DNA of 64,000 nucleotides from Mobula hypostoma (Eukaryota): assembly GCF_963921235.1 (NCBI RefSeq), contig NC_086104.1, positions 135,656,001-135,720,000 of the forward strand, given 5' to 3'. The notes below the pieces were generated by a model. That model was given only the letters and a program-made list of their open reading frames with translations. It was not told where the DNA came from and searched no databases. Every line of letters begins with the position of its first letter. The first letter of the stretch is position 1. A program made the translations under genes and the position numbers. Of this stretch, positions 63,531 to 64,000 are shown one piece after another.

Positions 63531-64000
63531 ATAAGGAATCTCTCTCCAGGAAACCCAGGAAATCTCTTCAATTTCGAATGCAGTTTGGGAGTACAGGTGA
63601 ACATAAAATATAAACTCCTAAGATAATTGATATGCAATTGCATGGGGAATTTACGTCATATTTTCTCTTATTTTGTTGTGCAAGTTGTTTATATCGTGTC
63701 TCGCGTAATTGATGGTGATAACATCTAAATCGGTGATGAGTGATCCGACAAATATAAACACAATACTTCAAAATATTCTAACCCTGTTTGTCACTGACTT
63801 TTCCCATTTCTACGTCTTTTAATAGGATAAAAAATCTACACTATGTTTCTTCATCTGCAAACATTTTGTGGTCTTCATGTTTTCATAATTGTAAAAGCAA
63901 AGTTTATAATCGTGTATAACCACGGATGATTTAATTAAAATTTCAAGATATAAACCATCTTCAAGCTCATAAAGACGAGAACGTCGTGTTACATCTTAAC

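Noticed and set aside
62987-63643. 218-aa Pro/Ser/Leu-rich minus-strand ORF and Gly/Arg/Glu-rich plus-strand ORFs
   Set aside because: Artefacts of the stop-free polypurine tract.

Overview
Eukaryotic vertebrate genomic DNA. The repeat content and intron style suggest a cartilaginous fish (ray or shark); this is inference. The window holds the 3' part of one + strand gene for a group-B scavenger-receptor cysteine-rich (SRCR) protein of the CD163/WC1/SCART/DMBT1 type. It has six phase 1-1 SRCR exons (1313, 18822, 20435, 36418, 38893, 39461), two linker micro-exons, a broken transmembrane exon and tyrosine-motif cytoplasmic exons. The first five SRCR exons are intact. Every lesion lies from SRCR exon 6 onward: a TGG>TAG stop, a Gypsy LTR inserted in the TM exon, a +1 frameshift in the YEEI exon and a lost AG acceptor. 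This suggests either conversion of a membrane receptor to a secreted form or pseudogenisation starting from the 3' end. The introns are mostly nested retroelements: many CR1 LINEs, a head-to-tail array of R4/Dong-like elements, a Penelope element, a separate Penelope-terminus fragment with an intact minimal hammerhead ribozyme, Rex1/Babar fragments, two solo LTRs, a Gypsy integrase remnant and three copies of a ~690 bp non-autonomous element headed by a YY1 motif. An antisense, intronless fragment of a PKA RII regulatory subunit gene (PRKAR2A-like retrocopy) sits at 29194-29468. Most other ORFs in the supplied track are repeat-derived or spurious.
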